This document shows positions 48,368-57,147 of a DNA stretch of 64,000 bases, one piece after another. The notes under the pieces are model-generated. The model did not search any database and had not been told where the DNA came from. It saw nothing but the letters and a program-made list of their open reading frames with translations. Positions within the stretch are counted from its first letter, which is position 1; each line of letters opens with the position of its first letter. The stretch comes from Gemmatimonadaceae bacterium (GTDB lineage: Bacteria > Gemmatimonadota > Gemmatimonadetes > Gemmatimonadales > Gemmatimonadaceae). The stretch spans positions 1 to 64,000 of the forward strand of contig JBHYGA010000006.1 of NCBI GenBank assembly GCA_051859245.1, read 5' to 3'. The position numbers were made by a program, and so were the translations under genes.

Positions 48368-49102
48368 ATGGCGGTTCGCCAGATGAGTGGTGTCCAGGGG
48401 ACGCCCAATGATGCGAGTGGAGATGGGCTGCCAGCGCTGAGTACCGGTCCCGAAAACGGACTGGCCATGGCGCGCTCGCGTTGGCTCGATCTGCACGACG
48501 AGTTGTTGCGCGGAGTGACGCATGCGCTGAGCAATCGCATTGCGACCCTCTCGGCGAGTGCGTACATGCTGGAATTCGAAGACGTGAGCTGCTCGCAGGC
48601 CGCTGAATCGCTGCGGCAGGAAACCGATCGCATGGACAGCCTGCTGCAGTTGCTGCGACTGCTGCCGTCCCGCGACGATGCCGCGTTCGAACCGGTGGTC
48701 GCGGCCGACGTCGTTGAACAGGCCGTTGCCTTGCACGCCCATCACTGCGACTTGCGCGATGTGGTGGTTGAAGTGCGTACGGATGCCGACGTGCTGCCCG
48801 TGTGGGTAGAGCCGCACACGCTCATGCAAGCGCTGCTGCTCGCGCTGAGCGCGGCGAAGCGCACGGCGTTCCCGCACATGCTCGGCGTGCAGTTGCACGT
48901 GCATGGTGACGCTGATGTCGTGCGATTCAGTGTGTACCCGGACGCTGTCGTGGCCAACGTTGATACGCTGCGAACCGCGCTCGACGCCGGTGCCGCAGAC
49001 CGCAGTCTGCAATCCGCGCTCGGCAGTGCCCAGGCTCGCGCGGACGGTGGCTGTGAGCTCACCCTCCCCACGCTGCCAGCCGCGCGACGCGCGGGTCGGT
49101 GA
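48368..49102 (+). CDS. Sensor-less histidine-kinase-like protein with degenerate ATPase domain (alt. start 48467)
   Basis: H-box-like GVTHALSN, DHp-like helices; N-box position reads LMQALLLALSAA and no DxGxG box is present. Confidence 0.65.
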   Translation: MAVRQMSGVQGTPNDASGDGLPALSTGPENGLAMARSRWLDLHDELLRGVTHALSNRIATLSASAYMLEFEDVSCSQAAESLRQETDRMDSLLQLLRLLPSRDDAAFEPVVAADVVEQAVALHAHHCDLRDVVVEVRTDADVLPVWVEPHTLMQALLLALSAAKRTAFPHMLGVQLHVHGDADVVRFSVYPDAVVANVDTLRTALDAGAADRSLQSALGSAQARADGGCELTLPTLPAARRAGR

Positions 49103-49125
49103 CACGACGGCGGTTCGCACAAACA

Positions 49126-49401
49126 TCAGGTTGCAACCTTCGGAGTATTGACCGCGGGCGTGGTGGGCTTGGCGCCACGCGGGGCGGCGCCAAGTGATGC
49201 GAGCCACGAGCTATCAGCGGGGACCGTCGCGCGCTGATTTTCACTCGCGACGGACTGTGCGATTTCGCCGCGCAGAATTCGCAGCTCGGCGGGCGCTTCA
49301 ATGCCGAGGCGCACGCCGCCCTTGTCGCAGGCCACCACCACAATGCGAATGCCGCCCTCAATGAGGATCGATTCGCCTTCTTTTCTGCCGAGTACGAGCA
49401 T
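49126..49401 (-). CDS. csrA: Carbon storage regulator CsrA
   Basis: MLVLGRKEGESILI..VRLGIEAP..ILRGEI plus ENQRA C-terminal helix. Confidence 0.95.
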   Translation of the reverse strand: MLVLGRKEGESILIEGGIRIVVVACDKGGVRLGIEAPAELRILRGEIAQSVASENQRATVPADSSWLASLGAAPRGAKPTTPAVNTPKVAT

Positions 49402-49415
49402 GTGTGATCGCTCCG

Positions 49416-50864
49416 TCAGATGAGATTGAGGAGCGTCTGCAGCATTTCGTCGGCCGTTTTCACCAGCTTGGTGGCGGCGACATACGATTGCTGCACGCGC
49501 ATGAGTTGAATGAGTTCTTCGTCGGTGCTCACACCGCTCACGGACTGCCGGCGCGAATCCGCCTGGTCAACCAGAATGGTGCGAACCGAGCTGTCGTCGG
49601 TCGCGCCGCGTACATCGAGGCCGAGTCGCGTGACCGTCGTTCGGAAGAACGTGGCGAAGCCGGTGTTTTCGGTTTGGCCGTTCGGACCAGTGTACGAAAT
49701 CGCCGAGCTGTTGTTGCGGAGCGCGCTGAGTGCGAGCGCGACACTGTTGTCGAGCGGCGCGTTGGCGTTGCCCGATGACGCGATGTTAGCCGGATCGTTT
49801 GCGACATCGGCGAACAGTTTGATGGTGCCGGCGCGTACCGGATCACCAACCGTGCCCGGATCAAAGAAATCGCCTGCTGCGGTGCCGGGAATCGCGTTGC
49901 CGCTAAACACAAAGCCGGCGGAGTGCGCCGTGTTGACCGCGCTGACGATCGTGGACGCCATGGTATCGAGGCGGCCGCGCAGTGTGGGCACGTCGGTGTT
50001 GATCACGTCCACGAGACCCTTGAGCTCACCGGCCAGTGGCGCAAGTCGGTCCACGCTGTTGCCCAGGCGAAGACGCACTGGAATGTCTGACGGCGTAACC
50101 GCTGGCGGTGGCACCGGCGGGTCCATTTCCAGCTTGAGTGGACGTGCCGACGTACCATCAACGAGTGTGGAGTTCGCCACCATCACGGTAATCGAACCAT
50201 CGCGCTGCGGCTCGGCGCGCGCGCCGACCATTCGCGACAAGTCGTCGATCAACAGATCACGCTGGTCTCGCAAATCGGACGCGACCGTGCCAGTGGCTTC
50301 AGCCGTCGTGATGCGACCATTCAGTTCGGCAACCTGCTCGGCAAACTGATTGACCTGCGAGACAAGCGCGTCGAGTCGAGACGTGACCTGTTCGCGTGTC
50401 TGTGTGAGCTGCGTATCGTAATCGTTGAACAGCTGCGCCAGCTGCTTGCCGCGCTGCTGCACAACGGCTTTCGCAGAAAGACTGCCGGGTGATGTGGCGA
50501 GATCGCTGAACGACGCCCAGAACTGATCGAGTGACGCTGACATGCCAGCGTCGGCCGGTTCACCAAAGATTCCTTCCACCTGCGACAACAAGTCACGACG
50601 AGTGGTGGACTCGCCAAGCAGGCTTGAGGCGGTGCGAAATGACTGATCGAGCAGCGCGTCACGCTGACGTTCGATGCCGTTGAACGCGACACCGGTTCCG
50701 ATGTTGCCATACGGCATACGGATTGGCGTGTTGGCGGACAACAGCGGACGTTGCCGTGAAAAGCCCGGCGTCTCCGCGTTCGCCACGTTGTGCGACACCA
50801 CCTGGAGCGAAGTCTGGTGTGCCAGCAGCGCGGTACGGGCAATGCTGAAGAGGCCGGAAGACAT
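49416..50864 (-). CDS. flgK: Hook-associated protein FlgK
   Basis: SHNVANAETPGFSRQ, DLRDQRD, SVSGVSTDEE, QQSYVAATK. Confidence 0.95.
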   Translation of the reverse strand: MSSGLFSIARTALLAHQTSLQVVSHNVANAETPGFSRQRPLLSANTPIRMPYGNIGTGVAFNGIERQRDALLDQSFRTASSLLGESTTRRDLLSQVEGIFGEPADAGMSASLDQFWASFSDLATSPGSLSAKAVVQQRGKQLAQLFNDYDTQLTQTREQVTSRLDALVSQVNQFAEQVAELNGRITTAEATGTVASDLRDQRDLLIDDLSRMVGARAEPQRDGSITVMVANSTLVDGTSARPLKLEMDPPVPPPAVTPSDIPVRLRLGNSVDRLAPLAGELKGLVDVINTDVPTLRGRLDTMASTIVSAVNTAHSAGFVFSGNAIPGTAAGDFFDPGTVGDPVRAGTIKLFADVANDPANIASSGNANAPLDNSVALALSALRNNSSAISYTGPNGQTENTGFATFFRTTVTRLGLDVRGATDDSSVRTILVDQADSRRQSVSGVSTDEELIQLMRVQQSYVAATKLVKTADEMLQTLLNLI

Positions 50865-50868
50865 GGTA

Positions 50869-51411
50869 TCAGACCGTTCGGTTAACGACGAGTCCGCGCG
50901 GCTGCGACGTTGCGGGTGCACCGCCTTCTGCCGCGTAGGTTGTGGGCGTAGTGGGTTCGCCTGACATCACGCGCACCTGCTGCGTGTTGTGGGCGAGCGC
51001 TTCACGCAACAGCTTGCGATTCATTCCCACTTCACGTGAGAGCGTATCGGCAGCCGCTTGCAAACGGACGCGCGCTTCGCGCAGGCGATCGTCGACCTGT
51101 GCGCCAAGTCGCGCTTCGAGATCACGCAGTGGCATATCGGCTGTGCCACCGAGCAGCTCGTTCAGTTGACGACGACGCTGACGCGCCTGGCCAAGCGTGG
51201 CCAGAATGCGGTGCGTTGCGAAGACACTTTCGTCGACGCTGTCGATATCATCAGCGCCAACGGCGCTGCGCTGCCGGCGCATTTGCACGACAAGATCGTC
51301 CAGCAGTCGACGCTCAGTGGAGAGCGCGTCGTGCAGGGCTTCGAGCATGGCCGGCGCGATCTGCGAGTAGGCCATGGAAGCGGGTTCGGCGGTGAGCAGA
51401 GCTGGAGACAT
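50869..51411 (-). CDS. flgN: Flagellar export chaperone FlgN
   Basis: Helical ~180 aa directly upstream of flgK; N..LL...L and TY..EG tail. Confidence 0.75.
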   Translation of the reverse strand: MSPALLTAEPASMAYSQIAPAMLEALHDALSTERRLLDDLVVQMRRQRSAVGADDIDSVDESVFATHRILATLGQARQRRRQLNELLGGTADMPLRDLEARLGAQVDDRLREARVRLQAAADTLSREVGMNRKLLREALAHNTQQVRVMSGEPTTPTTYAAEGGAPATSQPRGLVVNRTV

Positions 51412-51785
51412 CAGAGGTCTGGCTGGCTTACGGTATCGGGATGCGATGCAGCGGCTGCTGCTTCGCTGGTGATCGGCGTAACGAGGTGCTGGCTGAGCTG
51501 CCGGTACAACGCCTGCGACAAACCGCGCTCCCAATGCTTGGGAGTCTCGGCAGCAAGGTGCTGATCCATCATCGCGGTAAACATGTCTTCTCCGGCCCCT
51601 CCTGAAACGATTCCTTCCTGCTGCGGAACGGATTCGCGCATAGCCTTGTACAGCTGTTGCACGAACACACCTTCCAGCTGCGTCACCGCCTGTTGCAGCT
51701 TTGCATCACGTGCAGGCTGAGCACCGTTGCCTGGCACGGCGGGCGTTTTAGGCGTAACGGGTGAACTACCGAGGCGATTGATCAT
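51411..51785 (-). CDS. flgJ: Rod-binding protein FlgJ (short form, no muramidase domain)
   Basis: LEGVFVQQLYKAMR, F.AMMDQHLA, GLSQALYRQL. Confidence 0.9.
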   Translation of the reverse strand: MINRLGSSPVTPKTPAVPGNGAQPARDAKLQQAVTQLEGVFVQQLYKAMRESVPQQEGIVSGGAGEDMFTAMMDQHLAAETPKHWERGLSQALYRQLSQHLVTPITSEAAAAASHPDTVSQPDL

Positions 51786-52828
51786 CGAACGATGATCTCC
51801 GCTGTGATTGCACCCACGTCGCGCAGCGCGGCAAAGATGGCCGCGATTTCCTGCGGCGGTGTTTGCACTGCGTGCAGCGCACTCGCCACTTTTTGCACGG
51901 GTGTGCCAATCGCCAGGCGAACACTGCCCGCAGCGGCTCCCGCTTCATCGGCGGCTGGTGCGTCACCAATGGACAGCGTGACCCCACCGTGGCTGACCGT
52001 GGCCGGCCCAACCGTGATATCGCCACCAACCACCACGGTGCCGTCCTTGCCATCAATCACAAGTCGTGGTTTGAGATCAGGACGCACCGCGAGTTCAAGA
52101 ATCTTCGCGAGCGAAGTTGCACGCTCCGCGCCATCGGGGAGCGTGAGCCTGATCGCGCCTTCGTCTTCAATCGCCGCCACGTCACCCTGCAACTGACCGT
52201 TGATCGCGGTCACAATGCGAGTGGCCGTGCCAAGATCCGGTTCGCGCAGAAACAAGCGTGCACTTGAGGCTGCGAGTGTAGGACGTGGCAGATCCGCTTC
52301 GAGAATTCCGCCGCTCGGGATGCGTGCCGACGTTTCGATTGTTGGTGCATAGCGCGTGGCCGAACCGCCTTCGCTCACGAGCAGCGGTCCTTGTGCTGTG
52401 GCCATGGCTGGTCCGCCTGGTTCGGCCACGAGCGGTGTCATGTACAACACACCACCACGCAGCGAACGTGCGTCACCCATGCTGGCCACCTGAATCTCAA
52501 ACCGCCCACCAGCGCGCAGATACGGCGACATTTCAGCAGTCACCAACACCGCGGCAACATTGCGCATGCGCAAGAGGTTCGGTGGTACTTCAATGTCAAA
52601 TCGGCGCAGCAAGTTGACGACCGACTGCACGGTCTGTCCGGCCGTTTGTCCACCAATCGCGCGGTCGCCTGTGCCATCAAGGCCAACGACGAGTCCGTAA
52701 CCCATCAGGCGCACCGGCATTGCGCCTTCGGCCGTCGTGAGATCGCGAATACGTGCTTCCGCCTGGGCGGCAACAGTGTTCGGCAGCACGAGCGTGAGCG
52801 CCGCCGACAAGAAGAGGAGACGGATCAT
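51782..52828 (-). CDS. flgI: P-ring protein FlgI
   Basis: GYGLVVGLDGTGD, NVAAVLVTA, GDARSLRGGVL, GTVVVG. Confidence 0.97.
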   Translation of the reverse strand: MIRLLFLSAALTLVLPNTVAAQAEARIRDLTTAEGAMPVRLMGYGLVVGLDGTGDRAIGGQTAGQTVQSVVNLLRRFDIEVPPNLLRMRNVAAVLVTAEMSPYLRAGGRFEIQVASMGDARSLRGGVLYMTPLVAEPGGPAMATAQGPLLVSEGGSATRYAPTIETSARIPSGGILEADLPRPTLAASSARLFLREPDLGTATRIVTAINGQLQGDVAAIEDEGAIRLTLPDGAERATSLAKILELAVRPDLKPRLVIDGKDGTVVVGGDITVGPATVSHGGVTLSIGDAPAADEAGAAAGSVRLAIGTPVQKVASALHAVQTPPQEIAAIFAALRDVGAITAEIIVR

Positions 52829-53484
52829 GGGAGGAAGATTCCCAGGATGCGCGTGAGCAGACCTGACTTGGTCTTGCCGAGCGGTCCCGGCGAGTTGTAG
52901 CTCAGCGTTGCGTCAGCCACACGATATGACTCTACAAGATTCTGCGGTGACACATCCTGCGAACGCACCCATCCCTCAAACACGACATCCTGTGCGGCTT
53001 TATCCACGGTGATGTTTTTGGTGCCGCGCACCTGCATCAGGCCGTTGGCACCAAGCGCGACAACGCGCACACTCATTTCGTTCTGGAAACGATTCTCACG
53101 GCGCAGCGCACCACGCTGTTGCGTGTCAGAATCATTGCGCGTGTCAATGCCTCCCGACTTGGTACCTGACGATGGCAGTCGAATAGACGCGCCCATATTC
53201 TTGCGACGCGTATCTGTGGCCATGTTGTCTTTCACGGCCGTTGAGATGGTGTAGTCGTCGATCAGGACGGTGATCACATCACCAACCGCAAACGAGCGGC
53301 GATCCGCAAACCATGACTGACGCGGTGCGCGTGCTGGCGTTGCATCAGCGACCGCCGTTGAATCGACAACGGGCGGTGCAGCCTGCGCACGCAACGTTGG
53401 TGCGCCGATCAGCAGCGCAGCGAACGTCGCGGTAACCGCAGCGAGCAACAGATCACGTGTAGTGGTGCTTGATGAATGAGTCAC
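52825..53484 (-). CDS. flgH: L-ring protein FlgH
   Basis: FADRR..VGDVITVLI, NGLMQVRGTK, G.VR.QDV..N.V.S.RVADA. Confidence 0.9.
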   Translation of the reverse strand: MTHSSSTTTRDLLLAAVTATFAALLIGAPTLRAQAAPPVVDSTAVADATPARAPRQSWFADRRSFAVGDVITVLIDDYTISTAVKDNMATDTRRKNMGASIRLPSSGTKSGGIDTRNDSDTQQRGALRRENRFQNEMSVRVVALGANGLMQVRGTKNITVDKAAQDVVFEGWVRSQDVSPQNLVESYRVADATLSYNSPGPLGKTKSGLLTRILGIFLP

Positions 53485-53491
53485 GGGCAGC

Positions 53492-54034
53492 TCAGCGAAG
53501 GCGAACAGAATCAGGTGCGATCGCAATGCCAGTTAACCGGCGATTGCGACCAACGCGAACGGAGACGGCACCACCAACGGGCGCATTCCCCAAAGCAACA
53601 GCGGAGACCGCAAGCGAGACGGTCCCATCACTCCACAGCGCGAACACCGGCCGCCCAGCGGTCACCACGGGGCGCGGAATCACGGCCGGTGCGCGCAACC
53701 ATTCGCCGGCTGAGACCGCACGCTGCACAAGCCAACCGGCGCGTGGCGTCGTGGTGTCGAGTCCGAATGGCAAACGTCCCTGAATCGCGGTATCGGCCAC
53801 GATGAAATCATCAGCGCGAAGCGTGTCGCCGCGCACAAGCGCGCGTGTCGCTACAGCACGCGACCACGTGACCAGCGGCGCGCTCACGGCCCGGGCATAG
53901 GTCGCCGACGTGCCCTGCGCGTGCGCTTCGAAATACGCCGACGCGAACGCCGGCGCCACGAGCGTGGCGACAATGCCGCTCAACACGGTGGCAAAGAAGA
54001 AGATCACGAGGCGAGGCAACGAAGACACGGTCAC
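53492..54034 (-). CDS. flgA: P-ring assembly chaperone FlgA (SAF domain)
   Basis: VATRALVRGDTL, VVTAGRPV, ALGNAPVGGAVSVR; located between flgG and flgH. Confidence 0.85.
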   Translation of the reverse strand: MTVSSLPRLVIFFFATVLSGIVATLVAPAFASAYFEAHAQGTSATYARAVSAPLVTWSRAVATRALVRGDTLRADDFIVADTAIQGRLPFGLDTTTPRAGWLVQRAVSAGEWLRAPAVIPRPVVTAGRPVFALWSDGTVSLAVSAVALGNAPVGGAVSVRVGRNRRLTGIAIAPDSVRLR

Positions 54035-54823
54035 TTAGCGCGTCAGATTGTTGGCGATCTGACCCATCTCGTCGGACGTCTTGATGGCCTTCGAGTTGAT
54101 TTCATACGCGCGCATGGCGGTGATCATCTCCACCATTTCCTGCACGATTTCAACGTTCGAGGCTTCCAGACTTCCCTGCTGCAACCGACCCATGCCTTCT
54201 TCGCTCGGAAATCCGATCGCCGGCGTGCCGCTCGCGGCCGTTGGTGCATACAGATTCTGACCAAGGGCCAGCATGCCGCTCGGATTCACAAACCGCGCGA
54301 GTTCAATACGACCCACTTCGCTCGGCTGCGTGTCGTTGGAGCGAATCACGCTCACAATACCCGTGGGCGAAATGGTGATTTCACTTGCGTCGTCGGGAAT
54401 GCGAATGGGCGGCACCAGACCTTCGCCGCTGCTCGTTACGAGCAATCCCTGATCGGAAATACCGAAGCTTCCATCGCGTGTGTACGCGATGTCGCCGTTG
54501 TTCTTCTGCACCTGGAAAAAGCCATCGCCTTCAATGGCGACGTCAAGATTGCGACCGGTCTGGTCAATCGCGCCCTGCATGTGCATGCGCTGCACCGCGG
54601 CGAGACGCGTTCCGCGCCCAACCTGAATGGCCGGATTCGTAAACGAATCACCGGTGCCGAGCACTTGCGTGCCCTGTACGGTTTGATACAGCAAGTCTTC
54701 GAACTGCGCGCGGCTTCGCTTGAAGCCTGGCGTGTTCACGTTGGCCAGATTGTTGGCGATGACCTGCGTACGAGTCTGCTGGGCCATCATGCCGGTAGCG
54801 GCAGCGCGGAGTGCGGGATCCAT
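54035..54823 (-). CDS. flgG: Distal rod protein FlgG
   Basis: IANNLANVNTPGFK, FEDLLYQ, LDVAIEGDGFF, YTRDGSF, LEASNV. Confidence 0.97.
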   Translation of the reverse strand: MDPALRAAATGMMAQQTRTQVIANNLANVNTPGFKRSRAQFEDLLYQTVQGTQVLGTGDSFTNPAIQVGRGTRLAAVQRMHMQGAIDQTGRNLDVAIEGDGFFQVQKNNGDIAYTRDGSFGISDQGLLVTSSGEGLVPPIRIPDDASEITISPTGIVSVIRSNDTQPSEVGRIELARFVNPSGMLALGQNLYAPTAASGTPAIGFPSEEGMGRLQQGSLEASNVEIVQEMVEMITAMRAYEINSKAIKTSDEMGQIANNLTR

Positions 54824-54844
54824 GGTATGTCTCGTGTGAGTGAC

Positions 54845-55561
54845 TTAGACAGGCTTGCCGAGATCGTTCACGGCAATCCCGCGCACAGCATCAAGTGTGG
54901 AGATTGTTTTTTGCGCAGCGCCGAACCGGTGCAGGACCTGCAGCATCGAGGTCATCGCATCCATCGGATTCACGTTGCTTTCTTCAATGAAGCCCTGCTT
55001 CACGCGACGTTCCGCAGGCGGCACATCGGCGCGCGAAACGTCGGGGAGGAAGCGCACACCACCTTCATGTTGCGGACTGACGCCTGCGGCAATGCGCTCA
55101 ACGCGCAGCTGGCCCATAGCGCGGCCGTCAACCGAGATTTTTCCAGCGGCGTCGATTTCAATGTTGGCGGTGCCGTTGGGCGGCACGCGGATATCGCCGG
55201 TGTCGCTCTGCAACGCGTTGCCTGCGTTGTCGACCACTCGACCTTCCGGATCCAGACGAAAGCTTCCGCCGCGTACGTGGCGTTCGCCTTCCGCCGTCCG
55301 GACTACAAAGAAGCCGTCGCCCTCGAGCGCGAGATCGAGCGGGTTGTTGCTTTGTGCCACCGTGCCCGGCGTGAGGTCCACGCGCGTGTCGGTCGCTGAG
55401 ACCGCGTCGCCGACCAGACGGGCGAACACCTGCTCGCGCTTGAAGCCGGCGGTGCTCACGTTGGCGAGGTTATTGGCCAGCACCTGCTGCCGCCGCTCAA
55501 GCATGGCGAGCGACGCCGCGGCACTGGTCATTCCGTTAATACGAACGGGTCCTGGGGGCAT
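54845..55561 (-). CDS. flgF: Proximal rod protein FlgF
   Basis: LANNLANVSTAGFK, PLDLALEGDGFF, QGFIEESNV; directly upstream of flgG. Confidence 0.9.
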   Translation of the reverse strand: MPPGPVRINGMTSAAASLAMLERRQQVLANNLANVSTAGFKREQVFARLVGDAVSATDTRVDLTPGTVAQSNNPLDLALEGDGFFVVRTAEGERHVRGGSFRLDPEGRVVDNAGNALQSDTGDIRVPPNGTANIEIDAAGKISVDGRAMGQLRVERIAAGVSPQHEGGVRFLPDVSRADVPPAERRVKQGFIEESNVNPMDAMTSMLQVLHRFGAAQKTISTLDAVRGIAVNDLGKPV

Positions 55562-55631
55562 TGGCAGATCAAGTTGGGCCGATACGGTCCGTGGACTATC
55601 CCGAACGGTACTGGCGTCTGCCCCTCTATAA

Positions 55632-55647
55632 AGCAACGGTCGGGCCA
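55632..55647 (-). promoter_or_regulatory. Sigma-54 (-24/-12) promoter of the flgF operon
   Basis: TGGCCCGACCGTTGCT (GG-N10-GC) with upstream AT-rich IHF-like site (55675-55687). Confidence 0.8.
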
Positions 55648-55708
55648 CAGTGGCCCGACCGTTATTGCGTTGCGTAAGTCGTTTATTTTTATTGCTTTAG
55701 AAGTGCAA

Positions 55709-55761
55709 TGGAAAAATATGCCTATCTCTTGATGAGCGCCGCGATGCGGCAAATCATGCCG
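55709..55761. promoter_or_regulatory. Two palindromic enhancer-like sites upstream of the flgF promoter
   Basis: TGGAA-AAATA-TGCCT (55709-55723) and CGGCA-AATCA-TGCCG (55747-55761). Confidence 0.65.
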
Positions 55762-56359
55762 TTGTGGGCGGGAGTTGCCGTGCCGGATCGGCGATGGCCA
55801 GTAGAACCGAGACCGCGTCCACCGGCATTCCCGTGCGGCGTGCGATATCAGTGAGCGACGCACCCTGCTGCGCCAGCGTGAGCACCTGCTTCGGCGTGGG
55901 ATGACCACCGCGACGGCTGCTGGTCGCAGGCACGACGTTCAGCGACAGATTGCCAACGGGCGCGGCGGGCGACGCGGAACGGCGGCTTCTATAGGAAAGC
56001 ACAGCCGCTGTCAGGCCAAACACGCCGGCGAGCAGCGAGATCACGATCATGGCAAGCGTGCGGGGGGAAGTCTCGCCGGAGAGGATCGATGAGACGCCAC
56101 GCGAGGTCGCACTGGCCGTTGCTTCAGTCCAGGTGAGCGCGCTGCTGAGAACCGGTCCGCTTGCGTCCAGCATCGCGGAGGCGGCCGAGCGTGCCACGGG
56201 CAGCAACTCGCCAGGCGCTGCGACGGCTGCTCCAGCCACGATGCCAATCGTCATGACGCCGAGCGTGATCGCCGCGAGTTTGCCCCACGCGACGGAATCG
56301 GTGCGAACCGCAGACGCGCGATGACGCGGCGCGCGTTTCGTCATGAGTCGGGCAATCAT
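55754..56359 (-). CDS. Membrane protein with C-terminal HTH-like motif (DUF2802-like, flagellar-locus associated)
   Basis: Two TM segments; VLTLAQQGASLTDIARRTGMPVDAVSVLL; ATGA-coupled to fliA. Confidence 0.7.
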   Translation of the reverse strand: MIARLMTKRAPRHRASAVRTDSVAWGKLAAITLGVMTIGIVAGAAVAAPGELLPVARSAASAMLDASGPVLSSALTWTEATASATSRGVSSILSGETSPRTLAMIVISLLAGVFGLTAAVLSYRSRRSASPAAPVGNLSLNVVPATSSRRGGHPTPKQVLTLAQQGASLTDIARRTGMPVDAVSVLLAIADPARQLPPTTA

Positions 56360-57144
56360 GCGATACGCTCGCGGATTGGCTGCAGATCCGTGCGCAACTT
56401 GCCGAGTGCCTTGCTGCGAATCTGCGACACGCGCGACTCAGTCAGTTCGAGCACCTTGGCGATTTCGTGCAACTTGAGCTCTTCGAAGTAGTACAGCGAG
56501 AGCACAATGCGCTCCTGCTCCTTGAGGCGCAGAATCGCGTCCTTGAGGTGATGCACTTCCATTTCGTGATTCATCGCTTCTTCCACTTCGGAATCTTCAC
56601 TCGATGTGAGGATTTCGATGGGCGCGGGTGCATGGCTTTCACGCTCGCCTGGTGCACGATCGAGCGGAATGTGATGCGCGCCCTCAACGTCGGCCTGCCA
56701 ACGCCACAGCGTATCGCGATCCACACCCAGATGTTCACACAGCTCTTCATCGTTGGGAATGCGACCGAGCACCCGCATGAGCGTTTCGCGTGCCGCAGAG
56801 ATCTCGCGCGTCTTGCGACGAATCGATCGTGGCACATGATCCTGCTTGCGCAGTTCATCAAGAATGGCGCCACGAATGCGCGGTGCGGCGAACGTGCTGA
56901 AGGCCAGTCCTCGCGCCGGTTCAAAACCCTCAAGCGCCGTCATCAATCCGATAGTACCCGCGCTCACCAGTTCGTCAAAATCAGCGCGCACGGCGAGTGT
57001 GCGTGACATCTGACGCGCGACATGATGCACGAGTCCGAGATGATCCTGCAGCAGACGAGCGCGCGAGGATTCATCGCCCTGCTTGAAGGCGTCCCAGAGT
57101 GTGTGGTTCATAACGGACGTTCCTCGAGGCGTGATGACAGCCAT
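56356..57144 (-). CDS. fliA: Flagellar sigma-28 FliA/WhiG
   Basis: ELVSAGTIGL, FSTFAAPRIRGAILDELR, LYYFEEL..EIAKVL.LTESRVSQI. Confidence 0.97.
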   Translation of the reverse strand: MAVITPRGTSVMNHTLWDAFKQGDESSRARLLQDHLGLVHHVARQMSRTLAVRADFDELVSAGTIGLMTALEGFEPARGLAFSTFAAPRIRGAILDELRKQDHVPRSIRRKTREISAARETLMRVLGRIPNDEELCEHLGVDRDTLWRWQADVEGAHHIPLDRAPGERESHAPAPIEILTSSEDSEVEEAMNHEMEVHHLKDAILRLKEQERIVLSLYYFEELKLHEIAKVLELTESRVSQIRSKALGKLRTDLQPIRERIA

Positions 57145-57147
57145 GGT

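Noticed and set aside
48335..48480. Sigma-54 or sigma-28 promoter for motAB
   Set aside because: No GG-N10-GC or TAAA-N15-GCCGAT match found by eye
53921..55399. Long antisense ORFs (e.g. 53921-55399, 43826-45145, 29000-30499, 9035-10246)
   Set aside because: Shadow ORFs opposite well-supported genes, expected in high-GC DNA, with no motifs
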